From Myxococcota bacterium (GTDB lineage Bacteria > Myxococcota_A > UBA796 > CAJQPC01), in assembly GCA_036229005.1 (NCBI GenBank), contig JAZAMN010000018.1, positions 2,377-66,376 on the forward strand: 64,000 nucleotides of DNA, read 5' to 3'. The translations under genes and the position numbers were made by a program. This document shows, piece by piece, positions 44,167 through 53,524 of this stretch. Under the pieces are notes generated by a model that worked only from the letters and a program-made list of their open reading frames with translations, had not been told where the DNA came from and searched no databases. Position 1 is the first letter of the stretch; every line of letters begins with the position of its first letter.

Positions 44167-45393
44167 CTACAGTTCGGCGCCGTAGTCCATGGACTTGTCG
44201 CGGTAGATCATGTGGAAGTGGGTCTGGCCCTGGATCACCACGCCGTTCTGGCAGGCGACCTCGATCCACACCCGCGGCCCGTCGATGCGGAAGTAGGTGC
44301 CGTTGGTCTCGATGTCGGGGCTGCTGCCGCCGGCCCAGGCCACGTAGGTGTCGGCCAGCGCGGCGCTGGTGGTGTAGGCAGCCAGCAGCTCAGCGGAGAC
44401 CGCCTCATCGTTGAAGTCCGAGACCCACTGCTCCATCGCGGCGATGGCCAGGGCCTGCTGGTCGGCGCTGAGATCGGAGATCAGCACGCCACCCCGGGCG
44501 CTGCCGGTGGGGTAGACCACCTGGGACATGGAGCCGGTGCCGTACTCGACGGGGCCCAGCAGGACATCGCTGAAGCTCTGGGAGAGCTTGGCCGCGCTGA
44601 GCTGGCTGCTGGAGAGGCTGTCCATCAGGTCCACGAAGGCCTGCCCCTCCTCCACGACGGGGGCGTAGCTGCTGCCGTCGTAGGTGAAGGTCTCCTTGGG
44701 CTCGGAGGCCTGGTGGCTGGGGGTGGGGTAGCCCACGCCGTCCACGAAGGTCACGTTGTAGGCCAGGTGGTGGTTGCCGAGCTGCACCATCCAGGAGCCG
44801 CTGGTGGCCGGGGTGCCGTAGAAGGCGACGATCGCCTCGTCCGAGGTGTACTGGCTGCTGCCACCCCCGCCGCCACCGGGACCTCCGCCGCCGCCGCCCA
44901 GGGTGCCGAGGTAGTCATCGGCGGCCAGGATGCCCACGTAGTCCTCGTAGCCCTCGTCCGAGAGCAGGGCCTGGGCGAAGGCGGCCAGGGCCTCCTTGTT
45001 CTCGCTGTCCAGGTCACCGTGGGCCAGGCCGGCGCGGCCCGAGGCGCCCAGGGGCAGGTTGGACCACAGGGTCTTCTCGGTGGAGTCCGAGAAGTCGTAG
45101 GTGGCGGTCGCGAGCTGGCTGCTGTCCAGGGTGGCCAGGAAGTTGTTGGCCAGGCAGACGATCTCGGGGGCGCCGCTGAGGCCAACGCAGTCCTCGACGA
45201 CGATGTCGCCGGTGTCCTCCCCGCCAGTGTCTCCGGTGTCGTCAGCGGGATCGGAGTCCTGCGTGCCGCTGTCCTCACCGCCAGAGTCCTGAGCGCCAGA
45301 GTCCTCGGCGCTGGTGTCCGTCGGCGAGGTGTCCGTTGAGTCGACGCTCCCTTCGCAGGCGAGCAGCAGGGTGAGCAGGGAAATCGAGGCCAT
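44167..45393 (-). CDS. DUF3500-family lipoprotein with acidic low-complexity linker
   Basis: ORF 44167..45459 trimmed to ATG 45393 (MASISLLTLLLAC). Asp/Ser/Thr/Gly-rich linker and poly-Gly insert (GGGGGGPGGGGGG). The rest is collinear with 41727..42818 and ends MIYRDKSMDYGAEL. Confidence 0.7.
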   Translation of the reverse strand: MASISLLTLLLACEGSVDSTDTSPTDTSAEDSGAQDSGGEDSGTQDSDPADDTGDTGGEDTGDIVVEDCVGLSGAPEIVCLANNFLATLDSSQLATATYDFSDSTEKTLWSNLPLGASGRAGLAHGDLDSENKEALAAFAQALLSDEGYEDYVGILAADDYLGTLGGGGGGPGGGGGGSSQYTSDEAIVAFYGTPATSGSWMVQLGNHHLAYNVTFVDGVGYPTPSHQASEPKETFTYDGSSYAPVVEEGQAFVDLMDSLSSSQLSAAKLSQSFSDVLLGPVEYGTGSMSQVVYPTGSARGGVLISDLSADQQALAIAAMEQWVSDFNDEAVSAELLAAYTTSAALADTYVAWAGGSSPDIETNGTYFRIDGPRVWIEVACQNGVVIQGQTHFHMIYRDKSMDYGAEL

Positions 45394-45547
45394 CGTCACT
45401 CTCCAGGCAGTGCTGGCAGAATATGCCCAGCCCCACCTCGCTGAAACCTGGGATTCCAAGGGCTTATGAGGGCCTTCAGGTCCGTTGTTGAGACCTTAAG
45501 CTGGGCCTATGGAGGTCCCCTCACCTCCCCTGGAGGATCCCTCCTCC

Positions 45548-46852
45548 CTAGAGGACGCCCGCCCGCTTGATCTCCAGGTACTTGTTCACCAGGGCGACGG
45601 GGAGCTCGCCGGGCTCGCAGTCCAGGGTGAGGATGCCGCCGTGGCGCAGGGTGTCGTAGACCTTCTTGCGGGCCTCCAGGTAGCCGGCGACGGCGCCGAC
45701 CCGGGTGGCGTCCTGCAGGCCCTTGATGGGGGCGACGGCGGCCTCGCGCAGGGCGGTCTCGCGCAGGGAGGCGACCAGGACGAGGTGCTTGGAGCGCAGG
45801 GGGGCCAGGGCGCGGGGGAGGGACTCGGCGTCGTCGTCGCGCAGGTTGGTGAGGATCACGACCAGGGAGCGGCGTCGCTGGCGCACCAGCAGGCGCTGGA
45901 TGGCCTGGGGGTAGTCGCTGGGCTGGGCGCTGGTCTGGAGGTCGTAGACGCGGTTGAGCAGGGTGGTCATCTGGCCGGCGCCCTTGACGGGGGGCAGCCA
46001 GCGCTCGGCGCCGGAGAAGGTCATCAGGCCGACGGCGTCGCCCTGCCGCAGGCCCACGTAGGAGAGCAGCAGCATGGCGTTGAGGGCGTGGTCGAAGTGG
46101 GAGAGGTCCCCGTCCAGGCTGTGCATGCGGCGGCCGCAGTCCAGCAGGAAGACCACGCGCTGGTCCTGCTCGTCGCGGTACTCGCGGGAGACGAGCTGGT
46201 GGCGGCGGGAGACGGCCTTCCAGTCGACCTGGCGCAGGCTGTCGCCCTGGCGGTACTCGCGGAGCTGGTAGAACTCGGTGCCCTCGCCGCGCCGGCGACG
46301 CAGGTGGATGCCGAGCTGGGAGAGGCGGTTGTCCAGGGCGAGCAGGGCGTACTTGGAGACGGCCTTGAAGTCGGGGTAGACCTTGAGCTCCTGGGCCTGA
46401 CCGACGCGCAGGCGGCGGCGCAGCAGGCCCAGAGGACCGTCCATGAGCAGGTCGGCTTGGCCGAAGCTGCCGGGGCCGCGGCGCAGGGGGCGCACGCGGA
46501 AGTCGACCTCCAGCCAGCCCCGCGCGGGGAGCTGCAGGTCGCGGGGGAGGCCCTCGATCTCCAGCAGCTCGGGGGCGTGGTCGTGGACGGAGACCCGCAG
46601 GGGGCGGCGGGCGCGGGAGCTCAGGCGCAGGGTGAGGGTGTGCCACTCGCCCAGGGAGAGGGCCTGGGGGCAGCGGCGCTCGCAGGTGGGCGCGGGGGTG
46701 CGCAGCAGGAGCACGCCGTCGACCAGCAGCAGCAGGGCCACCAGCGCGCCGAAGCCGGCCCACAAGCTCAGCAGCAGGGGGACGAACGCAGCGACCGCGG
46801 CGACCAGCAGCCAGAGGGCCAGCAGCAGCAGGGCTCGGGAGGTGGGCCTCAC
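45548..46852 (-). CDS. DUF58 domain protein (MoxR partner, vWA-like)
   Basis: Two N-terminal TM helices. [23 protein letters not shown]58 signature. GTG overlaps the MoxR stop. Confidence 0.85.
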   Translation of the reverse strand: MRPTSRALLLLALWLLVAAVAAFVPLLLSLWAGFGALVALLLLVDGVLLLRTPAPTCERRCPQALSLGEWHTLTLRLSSRARRPLRVSVHDHAPELLEIEGLPRDLQLPARGWLEVDFRVRPLRRGPGSFGQADLLMDGPLGLLRRRLRVGQAQELKVYPDFKAVSKYALLALDNRLSQLGIHLRRRRGEGTEFYQLREYRQGDSLRQVDWKAVSRRHQLVSREYRDEQDQRVVFLLDCGRRMHSLDGDLSHFDHALNAMLLLSYVGLRQGDAVGLMTFSGAERWLPPVKGAGQMTTLLNRVYDLQTSAQPSDYPQAIQRLLVRQRRRSLVVILTNLRDDDAESLPRALAPLRSKHLVLVASLRETALREAAVAPIKGLQDATRVGAVAGYLEARKKVYDTLRHGGILTLDCEPGELPVALVNKYLEIKRAGVL

Positions 46853-47829
46853 CGGCGGGGGGCCTCCACCTGCTCCAAGATGCCGCGGAGCACGTCGTCG
46901 GCGTGGGTGCCCTCGATCTCCAGCTCCGGGGAGATGGCCACGCGGTGGCGCAGGGCGGGCAGGGCGACCTCCTTGATGTCGTCGGGGGTCACGAAGTCGC
47001 GGCCCTGGAGGATGGCGACGGCGCGAGAGGCGCGCACCAGGGCGATGGCGCCGCGGGGACCGGCGCCCACGGAGATGCCCGGGCGCTCGCGGGTGGCCCG
47101 GACGATGCGCACGGCGTAGTCGACGTTGCGGTCGTCCACGGTGACCTGGGCGACGGCCTTGCGCAGGGCGATGGCCTGGGCGGCGGTGCAGACGGGCTGG
47201 ACGGTGGAGACGTCGAGCTGGTCCCCCACGCGGCCCTGGGTGACGGCCTTGACGATGGCGACCTCGTCGGCCTGGGCGGGGAACTCCAGGCGCACCTTGA
47301 GCAGGAAGCGGTCGAGCTGGGCCTCCGGCAGCGGGTAGGTGCCCTCCTGCTCCAGGGGGTTCTGGGTGGCCACGGTCATGAAGGGCGGCTCCAGGGGGTG
47401 GGCCTTGCCCTCGATGGTGACCTGGTGCTCCTGCATGACCTCCAGCAGCGCGGCCTGGGTCTTGGCGGGGGCGCGGTTGATCTCGTCCGCGAGCAGCAGG
47501 TTGCAGAACACGGGGCCCTTGCGGACGTGGAAGTTGCCGGTGCCCATCTCGAACACGGCGTGGCCGGTGACGTCCGAGGGCATCAGGTCGGGGGTGAACT
47601 GCACGCGCCCGAAGCTGCCGCCGATGGCCCGCGACAGGGCCAGGACCAAGAGGGTCTTGCCCAGGCCGGGCACGCCCTCCAGCAGCACGTGGCCGCCGGC
47701 CAGAAAGGCGGTGAGCACCTGGTCCAGCACCTCGTCCTGGCCGAGCACGGCGCCGGAGAGCTGATCGCGCAGCGCCTCCGCCAGGGTGGCCGCGGCCTGG
47801 GTGTCCAGGGTCTTGTTCTCCAGCTCCAT
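46849..47829 (-). CDS. MoxR-family AAA+ ATPase
   Basis: [14 protein letters not shown] Walker [10 protein letters not shown] Walker B, VATQNP; typical length of 326 aa. Confidence 0.95.
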   Translation of the reverse strand: MELENKTLDTQAAATLAEALRDQLSGAVLGQDEVLDQVLTAFLAGGHVLLEGVPGLGKTLLVLALSRAIGGSFGRVQFTPDLMPSDVTGHAVFEMGTGNFHVRKGPVFCNLLLADEINRAPAKTQAALLEVMQEHQVTIEGKAHPLEPPFMTVATQNPLEQEGTYPLPEAQLDRFLLKVRLEFPAQADEVAIVKAVTQGRVGDQLDVSTVQPVCTAAQAIALRKAVAQVTVDDRNVDYAVRIVRATRERPGISVGAGPRGAIALVRASRAVAILQGRDFVTPDDIKEVALPALRHRVAISPELEIEGTHADDVLRGILEQVEAPRR

Positions 47830-47830
47830 C

Positions 47831-48928
47831 TCAGCTCCCGAGGGTCTGCAGCTTCTGCATGATCTGCGTGAATCGAGCCGCGCCCTTGGGCTGTCCGTAC
47901 AGCACCTCGCGGGTCAGCTCTTCGTCCATCTGCTCGCGCTCCGCGATCGCCCGCACCAGCGCCACTCCGGTGAGCCCCCCCAGGTCGGGGTGCTGCCTGC
48001 GGAGGCGCGCGAGGGCGGCCCGCCGCGCGGGGGCCAGCAAGGTCTCGCTGTGGCCGTGGCGCCAGTGGAAGGCCCCGGCCGCGGTGATGTGCTCCAGCAG
48101 CGAGCGGCGCACGACCGACTCCGGCGGCGCCATGGGCCCGAAGCGGGGCGCGGCGGCGGCCATCCAGCCCAGCAGCAGGGTGGCCCCGGAGATCACGACC
48201 ATCCAGCCGTGCTCCAGGGCAAGGCTCAGCAGGGAGTCCCGCCCGGCCCGGGTGACGAACACCACCTGCCCGGGCAGGTCGTCGGCCAGCAACCCGAACA
48301 TCAGGGCGGCGTGGTCCCGGCGCCCGATGTGCTCGTTGTCCATGAAGGTCGCGTCGGCCAGCAGGCTCAGGCGGCCGCTGCCCTGGACCACGGAGAAGGC
48401 GACGATCTCGCCGTCGTCGTCGTCCAGCCAGGTGTCCAGCTCCCGCCAGGTGCTCAGGCTGCCGCTCAGGTCGGCGGTCACCCAGCGGTACTCCTCCTTG
48501 GCGGGGTCCCAGACCTCGTACTCGGTGGTGTCCGAGCGGAACACGCCGGGGTCCAGCTCCGCGGAGACGGCCTCCATGAAGGGGTCCTCGCTGTCCTGGA
48601 CCGCCACCGCGACCACGTGCCCGCCATCCCAGGCCCAGCCGTCCAGCCGGCTGTGGATGCGCTCCCGCTCTTCGGGGTCGGTGCTGAGCACCACGACGGT
48701 GTCCCCGTAGTCCGGCGGCTCGCTGAGCACGTACCAGGTGTCCGCCGGGATCCCCAGGGCCTCCAGGGTGCGCTCGGCGGCCAGGTAGTCGTTGATGGCG
48801 GCCAGGCCGTGCAGCCCGACCTCCTCCTCCTCGGTGACCTGCTCGTGGGTGGTGAAGAACCAGGTGGCTCCACCGACCAGCAGCATCAAGGCCACAAAGC
48901 CCACGACAGCGACCAGTCCGTCCCTCAC
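47831..48928 (-). CDS. DUF4350-like membrane-anchored protein
   Basis: C-terminal part of ORF 47831..49468. GTG 48928 overlaps the upstream stop (GTGA). N-terminal TM ([16 protein letters not shown]). Its position between DUF4129 and MoxR is as in the conserved cluster. Confidence 0.65.
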   Translation of the reverse strand: MRDGLVAVVGFVALMLLVGGATWFFTTHEQVTEEEEVGLHGLAAINDYLAAERTLEALGIPADTWYVLSEPPDYGDTVVVLSTDPEERERIHSRLDGWAWDGGHVVAVAVQDSEDPFMEAVSAELDPGVFRSDTTEYEVWDPAKEEYRWVTADLSGSLSTWRELDTWLDDDDGEIVAFSVVQGSGRLSLLADATFMDNEHIGRRDHAALMFGLLADDLPGQVVFVTRAGRDSLLSLALEHGWMVVISGATLLLGWMAAAAPRFGPMAPPESVVRRSLLEHITAAGAFHWRHGHSETLLAPARRAALARLRRQHPDLGGLTGVALVRAIAEREQMDEELTREVLYGQPKGAARFTQIMQKLQTLGS

Positions 48929-50454
48929 GCGGCCCCCTCGTTGAAGTGCCGGGCCCAGGTGGACACCAGCGGCTCGAACTCCGCGTCCCCCACGCCCCGG
49001 TGAGCGTAGGCCAGGGTCTGCCAGGTGCGGGTGAGCTGCTTGAAGTAGGCCAGCGTCTCCCCCTCGAGGCGGCGGCGGACCACGCGCAGACACTCCCCCT
49101 CGGTGGCCCCCTCGTCGATGGGAAGGCCCCGCCGCACCAGATCCGCGACCGCCCCCTGGTACAGCAGGCCGACGGCCAGGGCGTGCTCCCCGTTGGCCCA
49201 GTGGCGGCGGGCGACGGCGGGCAGGTCCGAGGGCAGCAGCTCCGGTGACGGCCCCCCGGTGCCAGAGCGCGACTCGGGCAGCGGCCGCTCCAGCGCACCG
49301 GCCAGCACGTCGCCCCGGCCGCGGAGCAGGATCACCACGATGAAGATCAGCAGGGCCCCCATGCCCACCCACAGCAGGGCCTGGATGCCCGCCGACAGCG
49401 GCTCCAGGCTGGGCGAGGCCATCTGTTGGGGCTCCTGCTCCTGGGGCTCGGTGCAGCCCTCCAGCCACTCCAGCAGCTTGGAGTCCGCGCCCTCCTTCTT
49501 GCGCCAGGTGGTGGTCGTCTCGGTGGTGTCGAAGTCCGGGTGCTCCAGGACCTGGTGGACGGCCTCGTTGGGGGTCAGATCGCCCAGCTCAGGGTCGCCC
49601 TGCAGTAGCCTGACCTCGCCGATGCCACCGAATGCCGACTCGTCCGCGTGGGCCGACAGAGGCAGGAAGGTGCAGACCAGGATGAGGGCAGCCCCCAGCA
49701 CCTTCCTCGACCCCAGACGCCGCGCGAGCTGCCGGAACTGCAGCTCCACGTCCCAGCCCTCCAGGCGGGTGCGCCGGTTGATGTAGAGGCCGAAGCCGGC
49801 GGCGACGTGCAGGGGCTCGATCAGGGCGTGCGCGATCAGCCAGGCGCCCAGGAAGACGCCGCGCAGCCAGCCGGGGAAGCTCAGGTCGGCCAGGTCGGCG
49901 TAGAGCAGCTCGCGGAAGGCCGGGGTCTCGGGCAGCACCATGAACACGAACGCGACCACGCCCACCGACACGAGCATCTCCATGGCCCAGCAGGTGGCGG
50001 AGAGAAGCATGGCCAGGGCGGCACCCTTGGCGCGGAGCTGGGACTTGCGGCGGTTGGCCTCGGAGCCGCGCAGGCCCTCGAGCTGGCGCACGGGGGAGAC
50101 CAGCGCGCGGGTGGGATCCAGGCGGTCCACGAAGGCCCCGCCCCAGTCGGAGAAGAGCAGCTTGGGGGTGGCCTGGAGGGTCTCCTTGAGGGTGGGGAGC
50201 GCGCCGAAGAGGGCCCGGGAGAGGACGAAGAGGACCACGCGGCCCGTGAGCACCTGGGTGCACCACAGCACAAAGAGGCCCAGCGGCAGCGCCCAGAACG
50301 TGAGCCCGAAGGCGAGGACACTGGAGGCCAGCAGGGTCACCAGCCACGCGCCCATGGCGGGCTTCCACCAGCGCTGGAGCATGCGCAGGCCCAGGTCCAT
50401 GGCCTCGAAGCCGTGGCGGGGGCGGAGCTCGGCCTGCAGATCCTCAAGCCGCAC
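48925..50454 (-). CDS. multi-TM protein with C-terminal DUF4129-like domain
   Basis: 509 aa. C-terminal HWANGEHALAVGLLYQGAVADLVRRGLPIDEGATEGECLR...AYAHRG fits the DUF4129 pattern. Confidence 0.65.
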   Translation of the reverse strand: MRLEDLQAELRPRHGFEAMDLGLRMLQRWWKPAMGAWLVTLLASSVLAFGLTFWALPLGLFVLWCTQVLTGRVVLFVLSRALFGALPTLKETLQATPKLLFSDWGGAFVDRLDPTRALVSPVRQLEGLRGSEANRRKSQLRAKGAALAMLLSATCWAMEMLVSVGVVAFVFMVLPETPAFRELLYADLADLSFPGWLRGVFLGAWLIAHALIEPLHVAAGFGLYINRRTRLEGWDVELQFRQLARRLGSRKVLGAALILVCTFLPLSAHADESAFGGIGEVRLLQGDPELGDLTPNEAVHQVLEHPDFDTTETTTTWRKKEGADSKLLEWLEGCTEPQEQEPQQMASPSLEPLSAGIQALLWVGMGALLIFIVVILLRGRGDVLAGALERPLPESRSGTGGPSPELLPSDLPAVARRHWANGEHALAVGLLYQGAVADLVRRGLPIDEGATEGECLRVVRRRLEGETLAYFKQLTRTWQTLAYAHRGVGDAEFEPLVSTWARHFNEGAA

Positions 50455-51448
50455 GGCGCCCTCCCAGCAGCAGCCAGCCGTAGACCAGCACCCACAGCAC
50501 CGCGCCCACGGCGTACTTGACGTTCACGGGGACCACGGCCTTGGAGGACCAGAAGGCCTCGATGAACGCGGCGATGAACAGCATGGCGAAGAAGCCGTAG
50601 AGGATCGGCGTGGTCCGCCGGGCGGCCTCCAGGAAGGCCTGGGCGCGGGTGCGGTTGCCGGGGGCGATCCAGCTACTGCCCAGGCGCAGTCCGGCGGCGG
50701 CCGAGAGCACGATGGCGGTGAGCTCGAAGGAGCCGTGGCCGACCACGAAGGGGTAGAGCGTCTCGCCGTAGCCGATGTGGTGCAGGTGCCCGAACACGGC
50801 CCCCATGAACAGGCCGTTGAAGAGCAGGAAGAAGAGCGAGCCCAGGCCCAGGAGCGCGCCCCCGGCGAAGGTCCGGAAGGCGATGCCGATGTTGTTGCGG
50901 ATGTAGAAGCCGAACATCATCAGATCGGAGTCGGAGCTGCGCTGGACGGAGCTGACCTCGCCGCCGGGCTCGTACATGTCCTCGATCTGTGCGACCTGGG
51001 CGGGGTCGATGAGGGTGTAGACCAGGTCGGGGTCCACCTGGATGGCCAGGAACACGGCGAGGCCGCTGCCGTAGAACAGCAGGTGGGCCAGGCTGACCAG
51101 GCGCCACTCGCGGCGCACCGCCAGGGGGATCTCGTGGAGCAGGTAGTCGGCCAGCCGCCGCGCGCTCCCGGGGGGCCGCCGGTACAGGTGCGTGTGTCCC
51201 CGTAGGGCCATGCGGTTGAGGCGGTCGACGATCTCGCTGGAGTAGCGGCGCTTTCGGGCCAGCGCGAGCTGCTGGCAGATCTGGCGGTAGCGCTGGGGGA
51301 AGTCGGTGTCCTGGGCGCTGGGGAGCACGCTGCGGCCGCGGGTGCGCCCCTGGGTGGGGTCCCCCAGGCGCTCCAGGGTGGTCTCGAAGCGGGCCCACTC
51401 CTGGGCGTGCCGCCGCACAAAGTGCTCCTGTCCGGGGCTGCCGCTCAT
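50444..51448 (-). CDS. SpoIIM-like (DUF95) integral membrane protein
   Basis: ORF 50444..51919 trimmed to ATG 51448, overlapping the upstream stop (ATGA). Multi-TM with the [17 protein letters not shown] motif typical of stage II sporulation protein M-like proteins. Confidence 0.7.
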   Translation of the reverse strand: MSGSPGQEHFVRRHAQEWARFETTLERLGDPTQGRTRGRSVLPSAQDTDFPQRYRQICQQLALARKRRYSSEIVDRLNRMALRGHTHLYRRPPGSARRLADYLLHEIPLAVRREWRLVSLAHLLFYGSGLAVFLAIQVDPDLVYTLIDPAQVAQIEDMYEPGGEVSSVQRSSDSDLMMFGFYIRNNIGIAFRTFAGGALLGLGSLFFLLFNGLFMGAVFGHLHHIGYGETLYPFVVGHGSFELTAIVLSAAAGLRLGSSWIAPGNRTRAQAFLEAARRTTPILYGFFAMLFIAAFIEAFWSSKAVVPVNVKYAVGAVLWVLVYGWLLLGGRRAA

Positions 51449-52140
51449 CGCTCCCCCACCAGGTAGCGGGCCATGCCCAGCAGGCGGTCGATGCGGCGCT
51501 GCTTGCCCACCAGGGGCTCCAGGATGGTGGCGAGCTCTTCGCTGCGCTCGGGCCCCCAGGCCTCGCTGCGCTCCGCGAAGTCCACGATGGCGCGCTGCTC
51601 CCGGGGGTCCAGGCCCACATCCACGCGGCGAGGCTCGGCGGCGGGGAGCTGCGCGGGGGGCATCACCCGGTCCGCGTAGACCACCACGGTCCCGGCGGCC
51701 AGATCGCCCAGGCGCTTGAAGTCCTTGTTCAGCACCATCGCGAGCAGCCCCGCCTGGTAGCCGAAGGGCATCAGGTCGGCGGCCCGCAGCAGGTTGCGCA
51801 GGATCGACGCGGTCCAGTCCACGGGGGTGCCGTCGTCGCGGACCACGCGCAGGCCCAGCGCCTTCTTGCCGGGAGTGGCGCCCTCGAAGAAGATCTCGAA
51901 GAAGACCGGGTAGAACCACTCCAGCACAAAGAAGAGGATCAGCAGCAGGCCGGCGCCAGCCTCCCCCAGGAAGGCCATGGGGATGGACACACCGATCATC
52001 AGCGCCATGCGGATCATCACGTCCAGCAGCAGCGCCAACCCCCGGGCGAAGGGCCCCGCCACGTGCAGCTCAAGCTGAACGCCCTCGGGAGTCTCCACGG
52101 AGCGGAGGGTGTCCATGCGGGCGGTGGGGGCTGCGTCCAT
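51445..52140 (-). CDS. RDD-family membrane protein
   Basis: [22 protein letters not shown] motif, three TM helices and a C-terminal soluble extension. Confidence 0.8.
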   Translation of the reverse strand: MDAAPTARMDTLRSVETPEGVQLELHVAGPFARGLALLLDVMIRMALMIGVSIPMAFLGEAGAGLLLILFFVLEWFYPVFFEIFFEGATPGKKALGLRVVRDDGTPVDWTASILRNLLRAADLMPFGYQAGLLAMVLNKDFKRLGDLAAGTVVVYADRVMPPAQLPAAEPRRVDVGLDPREQRAIVDFAERSEAWGPERSEELATILEPLVGKQRRIDRLLGMARYLVGER

Positions 52141-52260
52141 TGCGGGAGTCTAACGTGGGTTGCGCCCGGACTCTTTCATCCCGCCGCCTCCAGGGATCGG
52201 CCCACGCACCCCGCCGCCCCCCGGGGACCCGGTACACTCCCCCAGAACCCAGGAGTCCCC

Positions 52261-52632
52261 ATGAAGCTCGGCGCATTCTCCGTATCCCTCGCGGTCAAGG
52301 ACCTGGAGGCCTCGCGGCGCTTCTACGAGCGGCTGGGCTTCTCGGCCCTGGGCGGCGACGCGCGCCACAACTACCTCATCCTCAAGAACGGCGACGCGGT
52401 CATCGGGCTCTTCCAGGGCATGTTCGAGGGCAACCTGTTGACCTTCAACCCCGGGTGGGACCAGAGCGCAGAGGAGGTGGACCCCTTCGATGACGTCCGC
52501 ACCATCCAGCGCCAGCTCAAGGCCCTCGGACAGCCCATCACCCAGCCCTGCGACGAGGACACCACGGGCCCCGCCAGCCTGGTGCTCACCGACCCTGACG
52601 GCAACGTCATCCTGATCGACCAGCACCGCTGA
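52261..52632 (+). CDS. VOC (glyoxalase/bleomycin-resistance fold) family protein
   Basis: ATG 52261 inside ORF 52063..52632. [27 protein letters not shown]...DPDGNVILI. Confidence 0.8.
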   Translation: MKLGAFSVSLAVKDLEASRRFYERLGFSALGGDARHNYLILKNGDAVIGLFQGMFEGNLLTFNPGWDQSAEEVDPFDDVRTIQRQLKALGQPITQPCDEDTTGPASLVLTDPDGNVILIDQHR

Positions 52633-52764
52633 GGTCATCATCGCCCAGTCCCCGTCGCCCGCTACTGGGCCGATCGCCCCTACCGTGAGGTGGAAGCGGG
52701 TCCTCGATGAGATGGAGGAGGCGGTCCTGGCGCTGCGCTTCGCGGGGTGAGCAGCCAGAGAGAA

Positions 52765-52796
52765 GACGCCCCAGCTTCCGGAGAGGCTGGGGCGTC
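52765..52796. other. 11-bp GC-rich hairpin (possible terminator/insulator)
   Basis: GACGCCCCAGC-ttccggagag-GCTGGGGCGTC, lying between the VOC gene and the NYN gene. No T-run on the plus strand. Confidence 0.35.
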
Positions 52797-52883
52797 GGCC
52801 TGGCGATACTCTCACCAGGGGGGTTTCCACCAAGTTACTCCTCTCCTCGGACCTCGTCAATGGGGTTTTCAGGGAGGGGAGAA

Positions 52884-53504
52884 ATGAAGAGGGTGAGCCT
52901 CTACGTCGACGGCTTCAACCTGTACTTTGGACTCAGGAACGCGCACATGCGGCGCTACCTCTGGCTCGACCTGGTCGCTCTGGGAGAAGCCCTCCTGCAC
53001 CCAGACCAGTCGCTGACTCAGGCGCACTATTTCACCGCTCGAATCAGAGGAAACGGGCGAAACCAGGAGGATCGCCGGAGGCAATCCACGTACATCGACG
53101 CCTTGTGCGCGAACCCAAGGGTGAGCCTCTACGAGGGTCAGTTCCTCGCCAAGGAGAAGCGATGTCGGTCCTGCGGGGCCACCTGGACGGAGTACGAGGA
53201 GAAGATGTCCGACGTGAATCTGGCAGTGGAGCTGCTGATGGGGGCCGTGGACGACCAGTACGACACCGCTATTGTCGTCTCTGGGGACAGCGATCTGGCG
53301 CCTCCGATCCGGCGGGTGCTCGCCCGATACCCCAGCAAGCGTGTGCTGGTGGCGTTTCCACCCCGCAGACACTCGGCGGCGCTCAAGATGGTCTCCTCAG
53401 GCTCCTTCACCATCGGCACCGACAAGCTCCGGCGCTCCCTGCTACCTGAGCGGATCGAGGTCGCGCCAGGGGTCCACGTATCAAGGCCTCCCAGCTGGAG
53501 CTGA
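52884..53504 (+). CDS. NYN (LabA/DUF88-like, PIN-related) domain protein
   Basis: ATG 52884 inside ORF 52707..53504, preceded by AGGGAGGGGAG SD. MKRVSLYVDGFNLYFG, EKMSDVNLA, VVSGDSDLAP acidic motifs of NYN nucleases. CRSCG zinc-ribbon-like insert. Confidence 0.8.
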   Translation: MKRVSLYVDGFNLYFGLRNAHMRRYLWLDLVALGEALLHPDQSLTQAHYFTARIRGNGRNQEDRRRQSTYIDALCANPRVSLYEGQFLAKEKRCRSCGATWTEYEEKMSDVNLAVELLMGAVDDQYDTAIVVSGDSDLAPPIRRVLARYPSKRVLVAFPPRRHSAALKMVSSGSFTIGTDKLRRSLLPERIEVAPGVHVSRPPSWS

Positions 53505-53524
53505 GCCCTCAGGTCGAGACGCCC

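Noticed and set aside
52150-52860. 236-aa minus-strand ORF spanning the VOC gene and the spacer
   Set aside because: It is antisense to a motif-bearing VOC gene, with low-complexity translation and no start context.
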